Numbered from the stretch's first letter, positions 42,401-55,600 are shown. The stretch is DNA of 64,000 bases from Nageia nagi (GCA_050084985.1 JBITNC010000001.1:53506001-53570000), one strand, 5' to 3'. A program made the numbers and translations. Notes: a model not told the origin generated them from the letters alone.

Positions 42401-43364
42401 TAAAACTCAAAATTTATCCTAACAAAAACCCTAAGATTTTGACATAACTAGTGAAGGATAACATGATGTATCAAAAAGAAGTTGGGTTCACCAATTGTTA
42501 TAACCAAAATAATAATAATTAGGGTTATTTATAGAATATTAATTTAACTAATTTAGCATGAAATAATTGAAAATCAATGACATAAAAGATGATATTTACC
42601 TAAATAATCTTGATATCAAAATAAAATTTACAAAATATACAAACTTATACTTTACCTATGACGATGAAAAATGTAAAATCTAATCGAAATAGGATGAATG
42701 ATGAGCTTCTTCAAAATACAGAGCCATGAATCTAGCATCAATGTTAGGAACCCAATAATGTCACCCGGTTACCATTCCAAAATACATCTCCCTTTCGCTC
42801 AATGTCATTGTCCCACCTTTGATGCACACAATCTTGATTTTGAATGGATAAAAGATTGCAAGAATGCAAAGCTCAGAGTATAACAAAATCTAGAAATGAT
42901 AGGTGATATTAAGATACACCAATCAAGAATAGCATAAGTATATTTCCACCTATCAAGGATTCAAGATTATGTCATGTCATGATGTATCTTTGATCATGCA
43001 TAACCCTCCACCTTTATAGGAAATGAGTCTAGTGTTAAGGATCCTCCTAAGGCTTATTGTGATGTCGAGTCAATTTGTTACCACAAAGCTTAAAGGTAGA
43101 TGAAAGTGCACATAGAAAATAACATTTGTTAAATAAATTATTTTGACTACCTAAAAGGGTATTTTAATTAGATTAAAATTACTTTTTAGGTGTTAACACC
43201 TTTCAAAAATTTGACTGATCCATTTTTGACAGGTTTCATTACAAAAAATTCCATACAACCCTTAGAAAAAGCTCCAAACATCATCCAAATATGAGAGTGA
43301 TTCAAATCCTTACTCTAAGGATGTTTGATTTTAAATCACATGATACATTCCATATCGATATATA

Positions 43365-44520
43365 TTAGTTAGTAACTCTAATTCAAATTCTAACAAGTTA
43401 GTGTTTGATGATGTGGTCAACACCTATTTTAGTGAGGATATGCAAAGAAAGACCACATGAGAAACAACTGATTATCCCAATGCATTGCTTATTGATAATA
43501 AGGGAAGATGAAAGGAGAGATATGGAAATAAAACTTAAGAAAATCAAAATGGTAACTCTTAGATAAAAGTTCATATGGAGTGTTGATATTATGGGAAGAA
43601 GGGACACTTAAAAAGGGATTATTGGTCTAAGAAGGTAGATGGAAAAGAGGATAATAAAGGTAATAATCATGAGGCTAATATGGATGGTGATATTTTACAA
43701 TATTCTTTTGTATTATATCTTTATATTCATAATGATTGTTGGCTTACACATTCAAGTACTTCTTTCCATGCCACTTGAATATGTTCAAGGTGATTTTGGA
43801 TAGGTATCATTCGATAATGATCATCCATGCAGGATTATTAGTGTGGGGAAAGTTACAATCAAGTTACCTAATATGAAGCAATGTATGCTTAAGGAGGTGA
43901 GGCACATCCCAAATTTGAAAAGGATTCTCATTTCTTCAAGCAAACTTGATGGTGAGGGATATATGGTTGCATTCGATAACAATACTTGGAAGGTGTCTAA
44001 GGGTTTCCAATTATTGCTAAAAGTAATATGGTTCATATGCTATATTTGCTTACTAACACTTCTAACAATACCATGGATTTAGATCCTATAGGTGGGAATG
44101 TAGTCATTGGTCATCACAAGTTTGTATTTGTAAAAGTGAAAAAGAATGAAGTGGGGTTTGGTGAAAAGAATAAGGTTGAAAAGGGTGTTTTCAAATACAA
44201 GAGGAAGAAGATGTGGATATTAAAGGTGCAAGAAGGTATTCAATAGCAAGATTTGAAAACTCCACCAAGGGATGTTAAAATATGTGAAAGGGTAAGCTAT
44301 AATTTCTACATAGTTTCATATGTGTTGTATACTCATGAAGGTGTGTTGTATACTCATGATTTGAGTGTTTGATACAAAAGGAATCCAATAAAGATTGGGA
44401 TCTTGTGATGAGTAAGCTACCTATAGGTATGGAAATTTTGCATGTTGTGTGTGTATGTAGTTTGAAAGAAGAGGAAGGAAAGTTTACAAGGAAAGGCTTG
44501 GAATAAAAGTGTTTTCATAA
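43365..44520 (+). pseudogene. copia gag C-terminus, zinc knuckle, protease and RT fragment
   Basis: VSNS..LVFDDVV..SEDMQRK; C*YYGKKGHLKRDYW; WLTHSSTSFHAT resembling WxxDSGASFH; LKEVRHIPNLKRILIS; short RT-start remnant at ~44415-44515. Integrase and most RT/RH not found. Confidence 0.8.
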
Positions 44521-45274
44521 GATGGTGGTATGACCCATGGTGTTGGAGTTGTGAATTGATTAAGGTTCACGAAACATCAAAGTGAAAAGGTGAATGTAAA
44601 GGTGATTTCAAAAGAGGATTTGGAGGTTCTCCCAATTTAGATTTATCTCAAGGAGTAAGAGGTCAAGATGATAATATCTATATCTAAGGTTGCAAGGTGT
44701 TGTAGGAAATCAATCTTAAGGTGGGAGATTGTTAGGAATTGAACCTAATCTGTTGGCTAACTTAAGTTTTCATCTCTATATTTTATAGTTGACATGCACA
44801 TGGTGTATTAATCAGTGATAGTTGACCACTTGGGGAAGATAACCAATCGACATATCGATCAAAAGTTGACCACCAAGGGGAAGATCACTAGTCAGTCAAC
44901 CAATCTCTAATTGTCCTCTTAGGAAAAGATCAAAAATACAATCAACCTCTAGAGGAAAGATCAACTGTAGTCAACTTAATGGTGGTTGATTATATAACCA
45001 AAGATAAAAAGCTCTATTTTGAGGTTGGAAACTCATTTTTGGGCTATTATACGACTATGAACTTGAGTTTTCATTGGGAGGTAAATTTTAGACATACAAA
45101 TTACTCTAATTTGGATTAAAAATAAGATTGTAATTGATCTTTATAAATGTATGTATAATATTATAAAATTGGGTAATAATAATATGAGTGAATGGTAGAT
45201 TCTCATAGGTTAGAAATAGGAAGAGGAGGTAAATCCTTATGGGAGAGACAATTATAGTGAGGATTCCTTGTAAG

Positions 45275-45856
45275 TGTTAGGATTTAAAGAGTTCATATAA
45301 CCAAGAGCATTCACAATTTAGATTGTCTTTGGCAAAGAAGAAACAACATTAAGCATACTACTGAAAATAAACATCCATAAACATCAATCACACAAGAGAA
45401 ACACAAGAGATAACGTGGTTCACCCAGTGTAGGCTACATCCACGAAGAAGCTTTCAACCCTTTTGCATTCAAATCCTCCAAGCAATACATCAGCAGCATA
45501 ACCTTGCTACAACCTTCACTTTGGAGTTACAACAAAGCTCCACTACAATCTCTCTCTCAACAATTACAATCAACCTCACAAATGCTGTCAAATTACAGTC
45601 ATACACACATATTCCAACTACATACATGCCTCAACTCAAGCCTCTTATTTATAGGTACAAACTAACCCAACTTAAACCCAAGTTGGATTAGGAAGGTTGT
45701 TAGGTAACCCCCAACCCTTCTACAACTGCTGAACAGGTGTCATGGCTCCTTGGCAACTGAAAATTGGTTTGAAATGAGAAAGAAACTGCCCTGCAGACCG
45801 GTTGGCTTTATAAACAAAACTATCCTTCAGATTTACTGGTCTCCATTTTTCTAACA
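45275..45856 (-). mobile_element. Solo LTR (copia-type) inserted in the 3' LTR of the copia element
   Basis: TGTTAG...CTAACA ends; exact TSD GTAAG (45270-45274, 45857-45861); GTGGATGTAGCC..GGTGAACCACGT and CCTATAAATA on minus; removing it gives a 766-bp LTR versus the 761-bp 5' LTR. Confidence 0.92.
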
Positions 45857-46859
45857 GTAAGAAGCAAAGATAAAGGTACAATGGTGTGGCTATTAGTTGT
45901 ATCTCTTGGTGCCTTTGGACTAATTGAATCAAAGGACTAGATATTCTTTATGGATGTAGCCCATATTAGGTGAGCCACATTACGTGGTTGTCTTCTCTTG
46001 TGTGATCTTGTTTGCTTAAGTTTTATTTTGGTTTAAAGAAGAGTAGTTGCTCAACTATATTTTTATATAGTGAATCCTAACATCTATGTCACAAAAATAT
46101 TCAAGGGTTTACAATTTTGTGGTTCCACCAAAATTAATGATTATGCACATATATTTAATTTAGTCTTTTATTTGTAGAAGCTACAACACCAAACATTGGA
46201 CGTAAAGATGTCAAACATTATGGAAGGTTATGTAACTTTCTTGATATTTTGATTTTAAAAAGGGTAAAAATATTTTTGTAATATAGTTTTTGGGTAGGTA
46301 GGATAAATCTTGTATACTATGCAAAAAAATATTTAAATGAAATTAATATTTTATTCGATTACAAAGATCTAAAAAACTCTTGGAGATTGGATAGGGTAGC
46401 ATCTTTAGTTGATGAGTAATATTTTGTTACAAAGAATCCAAGACTTTTTTTAATGAATAATTTCCATTTTTAGAACCAAGGATAAATCTAATCCTAAACA
46501 AAGGATTAAATAAATAAAGGCAAGCTCATACCAAGGGGAAGCCCTCTCAATTTGTTATCTTATGCAACAAGATCTGTAGGTGCTCATTTTGGTTCAATAT
46601 TAGAGGATGGAGAATTTAGTTTCTTGGAATCAAGATTGAGGGAGATATATAATAATTAGGAGAAACTTAAATCTATATATATATATAAAAAGAATTGTAC
46701 TGGTGACTTTACTACCAACGCTTATGGGGTATTATTTAGGATTGAAGGAAATTATGAGTTTCATTAAAGAGGTGAAGATTTTTTGGATCATGTAAAAATC
46801 ATGTTTTACAGGAGAGGAAGTTGTGTGTGAAGTTTAAGGAGGAAAGAGTTAACATTATT

Positions 46860-49800
46860 TTGGGTGAAGATATACTATAAAATAAAATTTTGGAAATGGA
46901 GGAGAAGATAGTTAAGGGAGGTTCTATAGTCGATTATCTTAAGAAAAATAGTAATGTAATGGGTTGAAAAAGCTTTGGATTTTACCTTAGGTTATATTAT
47001 GAAAATACACTTCTCCATTAGAGGATGGATGGATTTCACCTTTAAATCAACAAAATATGTAAAAGAAATATTGAATAAAAGATGGTTTTGGAACACTTTG
47101 ATATTATATTTTAGGAGATGGTCTCCATGTTTTAACCCATAAAAGGAGTTAAAATCATTAAAACCCATTTGGGTCAAATTGTTACGTCTACCTTTGGAGT
47201 TGTGGTCTCGTAACATATTGAAAGAAATTAGACATATCTTGAATAATTTTATAATAATGGACGACAATTTCATTAGAAACTCTTCTAGGTTTATTGTAAG
47301 GATTTTAGTTGACTTGGACTTGAAGGAAGGGATCTTAGAAGCCATTAATCAAGGGGAGTTCACTCTTAAGAAATGGTAAATATCATGCGAGTGCATACAA
47401 GGGCTTTTTTTTGTATCAAGTTGAATTATCAATATATTGGTAAGTAGCTTATAAAGGAGGGGTGTTTAAAATCCATGCATTATTAATTTTTGTTATGATA
47501 ATAAATACTTGATATTATGATGGACTAAAAAAATTTCAATGGATATACATCAATAAAATGGTAAAACTACTAGGCATACTTGTAACTAATTTATTTTAGT
47601 GAAATGGTAAGTTTTGAAAAGGGGTAATTGTTTATTAAATAGGGTTTACCACAATGGGTTTAATAAATTAAAAGAATTGGTAAATTTTATTAAAAAAAAG
47701 GGCTCTTTTAAGAAGCCCATGAATGCAATTATTTTGAAGTCTTTAAATTAAATGAAGACCTCATGCCATTAATATAGAAATTGAAAAATGGAAATATTCA
47801 TAACATTTTGCAAGTGCCTTTTTGTTATATTTGCTATCATGTTTCTGGATATAAGATTGTTCCTTCATATTTTCCAAATGAGAATGGGGAGAATAAGTTC
47901 TTGTGTTTTTGATATCAAGTGAATCATACTTCAATGTGAATCAAATATTTTTATAAGGACAAAGTCTATTTGGAGGCCTTGGAATTGGGTTCCCTTAGCA
48001 CTTTCATCAACAAGGACAACATTTAAGTTTATTCTCAAACAAGGGGACCCAAAACTAATCACTAATTAGTGATCTATTACGTTGTTGAATGTAAGCTATA
48101 AAATTATTGCTAAGGCCCTTGCCCTTCGACTTCAACCTTTACTTCCCTTTATTATTCATCCAAAATAAAATGGCTTCATTTAGAATATGCATATTTTAGA
48201 TAATGTCATTCCAGTATAGGAAGGTATGGAATGGGCTCGCATGTCTAATCAACAAGCCCTCTTCATCAAACTTGATTTTGAAAATGTATATGATCAAATT
48301 GGGTGATCTTTCATCCTCTCCATGTTGGAGACATTGGGATTTGGAACCCAATTTATCAACATAGTCCATATGTTGTTTCATAATACCTCGATGGTTCTTT
48401 CTTTGAATAATTTTTAGATGGAAGTAATTGGGATTCATCGATTTGTAAGATAAGGATGTCGTCTTATACCTTCCCTCTATGTCTTAGTAGTAGAGGCATT
48501 TGGCTACCTCCTTACTCAACATGCCTTTGAAGGAAGAATTTGAGGCATATCTTTACTTGGTGATCAAGATCAATTTATCAATGGCCATTTTGCAGATGAC
48601 TCCTTCCTCACCATACAAGAAGATGAGCAATTTATCTTAGAGGTCATAAGGTGGTTGGATATTTTTGTAAAGCCTCAAGTTCCAACATTCAATGAAATAA
48701 GACTTTTTGTTACAAGGAAAAAAATTGCCAAAACCCCCTTGGTTCACATCATTCCAATGAACTTGGATGATTTTAGGAGAAGTCTTCAAATTCTTTGGAA
48801 TCCCTTTTGCTTTTCAAGGTTCAACTTCTTAGTTGTGTAGCCATGTGATTACTAAGGATGAAATGAAGTTACATTACTGGAATTCCAAAAAAATTATCCT
48901 TGGTTGATAAATTGCAAATTTGTTCTAAAGTGTCCACCCATGTTTACTACTCTTCATGTTGAGTTCCCTCCCACAGTTGCTACAATAAGCTAGAAAAACT
49001 CATATGGGATTTCTTATGGACAAGCAAAGCAAAGAAAAAAGGATTTCATATACTAGCATGGAGTACTTGTTGCATCCCTAGAGAATCAGGTGGCATGGGG
49101 TTACTAGATTACAAATGTCAAGGTACACCTCTTTGTGCCAACTGGATCATATGAGCTCTAAAAGGTTTAGAATCATGGAAGGTTATTATTCGTCATTTCA
49201 TTACTTATGCTCTTCCTCTTATTCAAAAGACATAGAAGGGTATGGATCTTCCTTTGTTGATTCTTTCACTACTATTTGTTAAAATTCCAAGATCATTTAT
49301 GATCAAGAGCATATGGAAAGCATGACAACAACTTGTTCCCTGAATCAAATGGAAGGGTGATGACTTTCACAAAGGCATGTCCATTAATAAGCTCAATATT
49401 TAGTGGTCATCTCTCTTTCATTTCTAAGGCTTACCTCTAGTGCAAATCTAATGGATACATGCTAGAAAATTCTATAAGAGAGGTATTATATCTATTGTTA
49501 ATTTCTTTTCACGGTAAAATAGGGACTGGATCCTATGAGATAATTTCAAACACACCTTTTGTTTGAACAATACTGATAAGGCTACATACAACAACATCAT
49601 TGAGCTCACACTTTATTCCATGCTACATAAGATAGGTGTGTATTCTCAAAGTCATGGTGGAAGGATTGGATCTGGTATGTAGATATTCCTCTCCTCAATT
49701 ACAAAGCTTCTCTCAGATGTCACTGGCTTTTGACAACATCACCCATGGAACCTCAATTGAATGTGAAATGGGATCTTATTTCCAGACACACATAATAAAA

Positions 49801-50770
49801 ATATCATTTCTCATTAGTTTGGGCCTCTTATCTCAAGCTTAAAAAGTATTTTTTTGTTTGGAGCCTAATGTATAAGGACCTTCCTTTAAGCTCCCATATA
49901 CATCATTTAAGAGTCCTTGATCCCAAATGTCCTTTCTATAAATAATCCTAATCAAATATGTATATTTTCTGGTCTTGCAAATGTTCTTGAAGCGCGTCAG
50001 AATGGGTAGCTTCATTTTTTGGTCCTTGTATGCCCATTTCTTTCTCATGGCAACATGCATTGTTAGGGGATACTTCCATCCTTACCCTTCTCCTACTGAA
50101 GTTTGGCAAATTTTTCATGTCAACCTATTATTTCACATTTGGAAGTTTAGAAATAAGATTATTTTCAAAAATGTTGCACCATCCATGGACTTTCCTCTTT
50201 CTAATATTTACTAAAAATAAATTTATGTTTGCCTATATATTATTGATCAAGTTCATAAAGTTAAGATCAAGTTGTCATACCTTTGTACCCTTTTGGAGTA
50301 TTGGGGCAATGCTCCTTGTGCAATTAGTAGGCTACCTCCCAAAAGTTTATCACAAGAGTGCTCATAGTCCCATTCACATCAACTTCCTCCATCTCCTTTG
50401 CAATCATAACGTGCAAACTATCATTGGTCTCAACCATCATCGATGCTAAAAAGATTTAATGATGCAGGGGCAAGTTCCTCTCGTCACCATAGTGGATGGA
50501 ACATGTTGCTGCTAGATGCTCTAATAGCAAGTTGGGATGCTTTGCCTGTCAATGATACCTTTGTGTAGTGTGAATGGTCTCAACCACCCTCTCCCATTCA
50601 ACCTACCTTGGAAGGGGAAACACCATGAACAATGATGACAACCCTTTTCGTGCCAATATTGGTTAGGATCTACAACCCATCCCCTTCAAGTAATAGCAAT
50701 GCATGGTGGATTCTAAAACGCCTGCCAATAGTTTCTCCCACAAGGTAACTTCATCTCTGCAATATTTTTG
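46860..50770 (+). mobile_element. L1-clade LINE, degraded (ORF1 and ORF2 RT remnants)
   Basis: ORF1 RRWSPCFNP..PIWVKLLRLPLELW..RILVDLDL (47100-47350); RT LLNVSYKIIAKALALRLQPLL, FIKLDFE, FADD at 48589-48600; C-terminal HIWKFRNKIIF at ~50140. Boundaries approximate. Confidence 0.85.
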
Positions 50771-50825
50771 TTTAGTCATTATGTGACAGCTTATATTTAT
50801 TTATATTTTCATAATTATGCACTAC

Positions 50826-51004
50826 CTGATCTTCTTTCCCAGATGCGTATGTGCATTTCCCTCTCCTTGCATATATTAAAAGCCACCCAGCGCTACAGAT
50901 CTCTCCACAATACAACCCCAAGCTATATATATTACAAGGCTTAACTAATCCAATCCAATCCAATCCATCACACTACAATCCTAGTACCCAGAAAGGAAGC
51001 AAAG
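50826..51004 (+). promoter_or_regulatory. Core promoter/5' UTR of USP copy 1 with TATA-like box
   Basis: TATATTAAAA at ~50872; region shared with 59398-59572 of copy 2. Confidence 0.5.
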
Positions 51005-53112
51005 ATGCCAGGAGATCGAAATATCGGAGTTGCTGTCGACTTCTCAAAAACCAGCAAATGCGCGCTGAAATGGGCTCTGGACAATCTTGCTGATAAGGGC
51101 GACCACGTCATCCTCATTCATGTCCACAGCTACCAGGCCGAGTCTGGGCAGAGCCAGCTCTGGGAGGCTTCTGGATCTCGTAAGAGCTTTCTTCCCACAA
51201 AATCTTACTTTCTTTTTAGAGATCCATGACATAGAACTACTCTTCGATGTTTCTGGTTGTTATTTTGACTTGGTGTTTTGATCGTTTCATCAGCAGGCAT
51301 TGCAGCTTTATTTTTATATATAGCGGTTGTTTTATCTTTTTGTATTTTGGGCATACAGCTCTTGTTCCATTGGCTGAGCTGAGGCAACCCAATCTGTTAA
51401 AGCAATATGACATCACCCCAGATGCTGAGACCCTCGACTTGCTGGACACTGCTGCAAATCAGAAGGAGGTTGGTTTCATGCACCATGGTTGCGTTCGTTG
51501 GCCTTTGTGTTTTTTCTTTTTCTTTTTTTAGGTATTACGTCTGCAATGGAAAATAATTTGTGCGAGTAAATGACAAGATTCGAGGATACCCAATTGAACA
51601 GCAGTAATGTGTCATTTCTGGTTCTACCATAGGAAACGGCTACCCTTTTAGCTCTATGCAGTGTAAACCCTAAGCTGAGCCACATGTTTAACTATTTCTT
51701 GAGTTGCTTTGAAGTGATGCATAAATGAAACCCCTTCGCATTGTATTTGAGTTTTCTATTACGGACAAATTAGAGGTAAATGTTTAGGGTCACAACCTAG
51801 TCAGTATCTGTGTACACTACGAGATCTCCCTGGAAGAGCAAGAAATGGAAATGGAGCTTCAGATTGTTGGCTTGTTCAGGATCCAAGTTGCCACATGTTC
51901 AAATAATTCTAGCGATTGATCTGCGACTCTGTTAGCAGTACTTAACATTCAACGCTATATAACTTAAGATTTTCAAATAATGAACAGAGAAACGAGCTTC
52001 ATCCACAGAACATAATAGTGTGTGTGTGTGTGTGTGGACCCTTTGATTAAGTTGAGTCTTTGATGTTTTTGTTTATTTCATAAGAAGTTTCCATGCTCAT
52101 GCCTGTTATTAGGTCAAATGGCATTGTTACATTTTACTTTCTTGACCATAGTTGTGACCGTGTTGCAGATTGATTACAACTGGGCCCTAACTCTGATCCA
52201 CAAGATTTTATGACAATTTTTAATATTCTGTATTTGCTATGTCAAGGCCTGATTTTTTTTATCAATCATTTTGGTTATTTAAGTTTAGACAGCAAGTACA
52301 CTACCTTGTGAAATGTGACAAGTTAAATGGTAGGTGTTTTGCTAAGATTGAAAAGGACATGTTATGGTTTGTATGTATTATGTATTACTGAATGTGTTAG
52401 TTTACAGCCCAAATCAGTCTACGTTTGTGTTTATGATCATTAAATTGAAATACTGCTGCCACTATTATATTTGAATATGTGGCTTTAGCCATGTAATGGT
52501 TAAACTTCCTTCTACTGGACAAAAAGAACGTGCACCTCGAACTTTCTAAACTGAGTCGTGGCAAGGATATTAAGAGTTCTAGACATACAGCTTTTGGGAA
52601 TTCATATGAATTTTGTCAAGTTCAATTTTTTCTATCAGATTAAATTTTGGAATTGGCTGAAGTTATTTTTATCTTGTGATGCAGTTAACAGTAATTGCCA
52701 AGATATACTGGGGTGATGCTAGGGAGAAGCTCTGTGAAGCAGTTGAGGACCTTAAGCTTGACAGTTTGGTAATGGGGAGCAAGGGTCTTGGGGGACTCAA
52801 GAGGTGAGTACCTTTTGAGGGATTATGTTTTTGCCTGTTTGTTCATTGCAGTTCATCATGCCATAAACACACATCTCTGGACATTGTGGGTCATGTGTGA
52901 ATTTGGCTAGTAGTATGCAGCTTTGAGCAGGCCTGTAGATTTTAATTTTCTTCTATGTTGGGATAAATCTACTTTTGTGCCATAGCTTATGTTTGGATTT
53001 TAATCATTTATTTATTTGTCACAGGGTTTTCCTGGGAAGTGTGAGTGCTTACTGTGTAACCAATGCAACCTGTCCTGTGACTATTGTAAAGGAGGCCGGA
53101 TTCAAACCATGA
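51005..53112 (+). CDS. USP: Universal stress protein A-like (USP), copy 1, 163 aa; exons 51005-51179, 51359-51468, 52685-52803, 53025-53112
   Basis: GT-AG introns join 175+110+119+88 nt into [28 protein letters not shown]...GSPLVPL...[63 protein letters not shown]; USP motifs VAVDFS and GxxG-x9-GS. Confidence 0.96.
52018..52036. repeat. (GT)9 microsatellite in intron 2 of USP copy 1
   Basis: GT run; the homologous site in copy 2 is only GTGTATGTGT. Confidence 0.9.
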
Positions 53113-54486
53113 TGATACAGTACGGCTTACTGCCAAACCTTTTATTCAAGCACGCATGGGATCAGAACAGTACTCTTGTTATTATTATTATTTTATGTAA
53201 TCATCTGTATAGTCAGAGCAAATGTGTTCAGTCAGTAATAATAAGTGCAACTTATCATGACTTTCGCATCAATCTTTGCCTTGCTATTTTTGAGATCTCT
53301 TCCTACATATTCTGAGAAGTTTATTTGTTTGTTACTTGGGCTCATTATTCTATGTTGGCCTGTCTGCTGGCTTTAATTGCAATTTTTTGTGCTTGTAGGA
53401 TGAATGCAATAGTTTTTTACAGTATTATTGTCCCCAAAAATCGTAAATGTGAAGGCTAATGCTCTGTTTTGACGAGTTGAAAATCTCATAGTACAAAATA
53501 AACCGAACCTTCTCAGTCATTGAGATGGCTGGCCTTCCTTAATTACAATTTACAAATATGGATTTCAAAAAATTACACAAATGTCTTGAGAATTGAAACA
53601 TATGGCATATTTCAGCAGAGGAAATTCCAACCTATGGAAACATAATTTCAACTGTTCACTCATGTGTCATTGTTAATTAATGCCAAGTAAAAAATCTGGT
53701 CTTAGTATTAATGAGAAAAATGAAGTGACTGCCAGAATCACTAGTTTGCTTCATATTCATGTGCTGTTTTGTTGTGAGACAATATTTGCATTCAACAGTA
53801 GCATTTATGATAATTTTGTATTGTAATATGATGAAAGTGAATATTTGATTTGTACACGATGTAAAATATGTGATGGAACATGCATGAGAGTGTAAGAATT
53901 TGGGTTCTTGAATTTGAAAACAAACCGTTGAAAATGGTCATATGTTCCACAGATTTATCTTTCATAATATCAGCATTACTGTCAACACACATTTCCTACC
54001 ACTAGATCTTGTCTGCTATAAAGTTGAGGTTTTGCGTATACCTGGGCTACAGTCTCGAAAAACAAACCATACTCACAGTCATAGATACTAAAAAGAAAGA
54101 CTTGAAAACCTGTTATTCCTCCAACTCTGCCAGGTGAGCTTTTGACATATTCCAACTGTCGTTTGGCATTCTTCATAATCTGCATGCGTAGCTGCTTTGC
54201 CTGGGAGTGAGTCTTTTAGCTCCATGTAAGTCTTCATGCTCCTTCGCAAGCTCAAGAATTTTGATCTGCTACTACCATCTGCTTCGCCTAGTTTTCCTTT
54301 CATTTAAAGGTCTGCAGGTGATGGGCATGGCCTTCCTTGGACGCCCCCTCATCTGACAATACCACATAAGACTTAATCTTCCTTGAAGTTCAAAGGCTAT
54401 CATGTATCTTTTCTTTTTTTTTGACAAAAAGGGTAAATTTAAATTAAAAATTCCCAAAAACTTTAATAAAAGTATCAATGGGAATT

Positions 54487-55600
54487 TGTTACGCCCAAAA
54501 CACAACATTATTGTATTCCGATTGCTACCCAGCTATAGCTTGATGGTAGCCAAAATGCAACATTTAACAAATATGTTAACAACTAAACTTCTTATTACAT
54601 ATTACAATTGAAACAACTTCTAAAATTAGGTGATTTACCCTAAATAAAAGGACATGCTACTCTACATTCTCTTGTTAGTATCTATGATACTTCGCTTTTC
54701 CATTCTTGCAGTAATACAATGTCATGGAGCCTTTGGAGGGGCCAATAGATGCCCACTTTGCTCTAGGATCTGTTGAAACATTTTTGCTATATCTTCATTT
54801 CTTCTTTTAACTCTTGTTGTGATGGCCTTCCCTTATGAACTTGTCCTGCATTTGGAGTCTTCTTTGAATGTTTAATTGGGATGTCGTCCTCTTCTTGAGG
54901 TGTTTTTTGTGGGACTTTATTTACCTGCTCTTCGTTTCTTTACCTTTTATCTTCAAAGAACCATCTTTCTTGTATTTTCAGCCATTACAATCTCCATTGG
55001 TTCTTCTTCATCTAGGTTATTTAAATCTATTTTCTCTTCATCGCTTACTATTGGTTATTCGTCTTCCATATTATTACCTTCAAAGAACACTCACACCCCA
55101 AATGGGTTTTGGTTCCCAATTGACTTTTCCTTCTTGTTTTGATTTTGTCCTTATCCTTGCCTCTACATTTTAGCTTGATTTTGTTTTATGTTTTTTTTGC
55201 ATTTAAATCAGTTTTCATACCTTACCATCTTTTTTTCCCTTCATTTATTCTTTTTGCTTCACTCATTTCTTTCTTCTTTGTAAGCATTCCTTTGCATAAT
55301 GGTCAAATTGATTACAATAGGCACATAATGGAAGGTTGGGTACACTGGAATGGAAGGTTTTGATATATAATTTCTTACTTCCATATTCCTTCGTCTTCTT
55401 CATTGATAAACATTTATTTTTATATGCCCTTGGTAATATCTATGTTAACATAGAATTTGGCATCAATCATGCTACTTCGGGTCCTAGTTCCTTTTCAATT
55501 GAGATCATTTCCCTTATACCTTTGCAATTCTTGCAATCACATTTGTGTTCAAACATTTCATTAGTAGATTTGGGAGACTGGCCCAAGTGGGGAACATATT
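54487..55600 (-). mobile_element. 3' end of a gypsy-type element: short LTR (54487-54747), PPT and 3' internal remnant
   Basis: TGTTACGCCC...GGGGCCAATA bounded segment followed by GATGCCCACTTTG (reverse complement CAAAGTGGGCATC), same PPT type as element 34557-43198; K/E-rich decayed frame on minus. No second LTR seen. Confidence 0.5.

Larger units (their letters stand above)
34557..43198 (-). mobile_element. Ty3/gypsy Tat/Ogre-like retrotransposon (gag-PR-Gpatch-RT-RH-aRH-INT), degraded
   Basis: LTRs 34557-35274 and 42496-43198; PBS TGGTGAACCCAAC (42481-42493) matches the plant tRNA-Trp 3' end; PPT CAAAGTGAGGCATC at ~35275-35288; degenerate TSD TCTTA/CCTTT, with TCTTT in the uninterrupted host LTR. 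Confidence 0.92.
29383..43357 (-). mobile_element. Non-autonomous LTR element, ~2.45-kb LTRs and ~470-bp interior; 5' LTR split by a gypsy insertion
   Basis: 3' LTR 29383-31831; 5' LTR 32305-34556 plus 43199-43357; PBS-like TGGTAGTAGAGC on minus at ~32291-32302; TSD imperfect (ATAAT/ATATA); copia gag resumes at ~43365. Confidence 0.82.
26919..46082 (+). mobile_element. Ty1/copia (Tnt1-like) LTR retrotransposon, pol largely deleted, hosting nested insertions
   Basis: 5' LTR 26919-27679; PBS TGGTATCA 27682-27689; PPT AAGGTGGGAGAT 44718-44729; 3' LTR 44730-46082; exact TSD TCTAT (26914-26918, 46083-46087); gag pieces rejoin across the insertions. Confidence 0.93.
50826..53945 (+). repeat. Tandem duplication unit A (homologous to 59398-62512)
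   Basis: Colinear similarity across core promoter, exons, introns and ~830 bp of 3' flank. Confidence 0.92.

Noticed and set aside
51005-51531. Unspliced ORFs 51005-51229 and 51247-51531 as separate proteins
   Set aside because: They are USP exons 1 and 2 read into introns; the same holds for 59573-59776 and 59892-60161.
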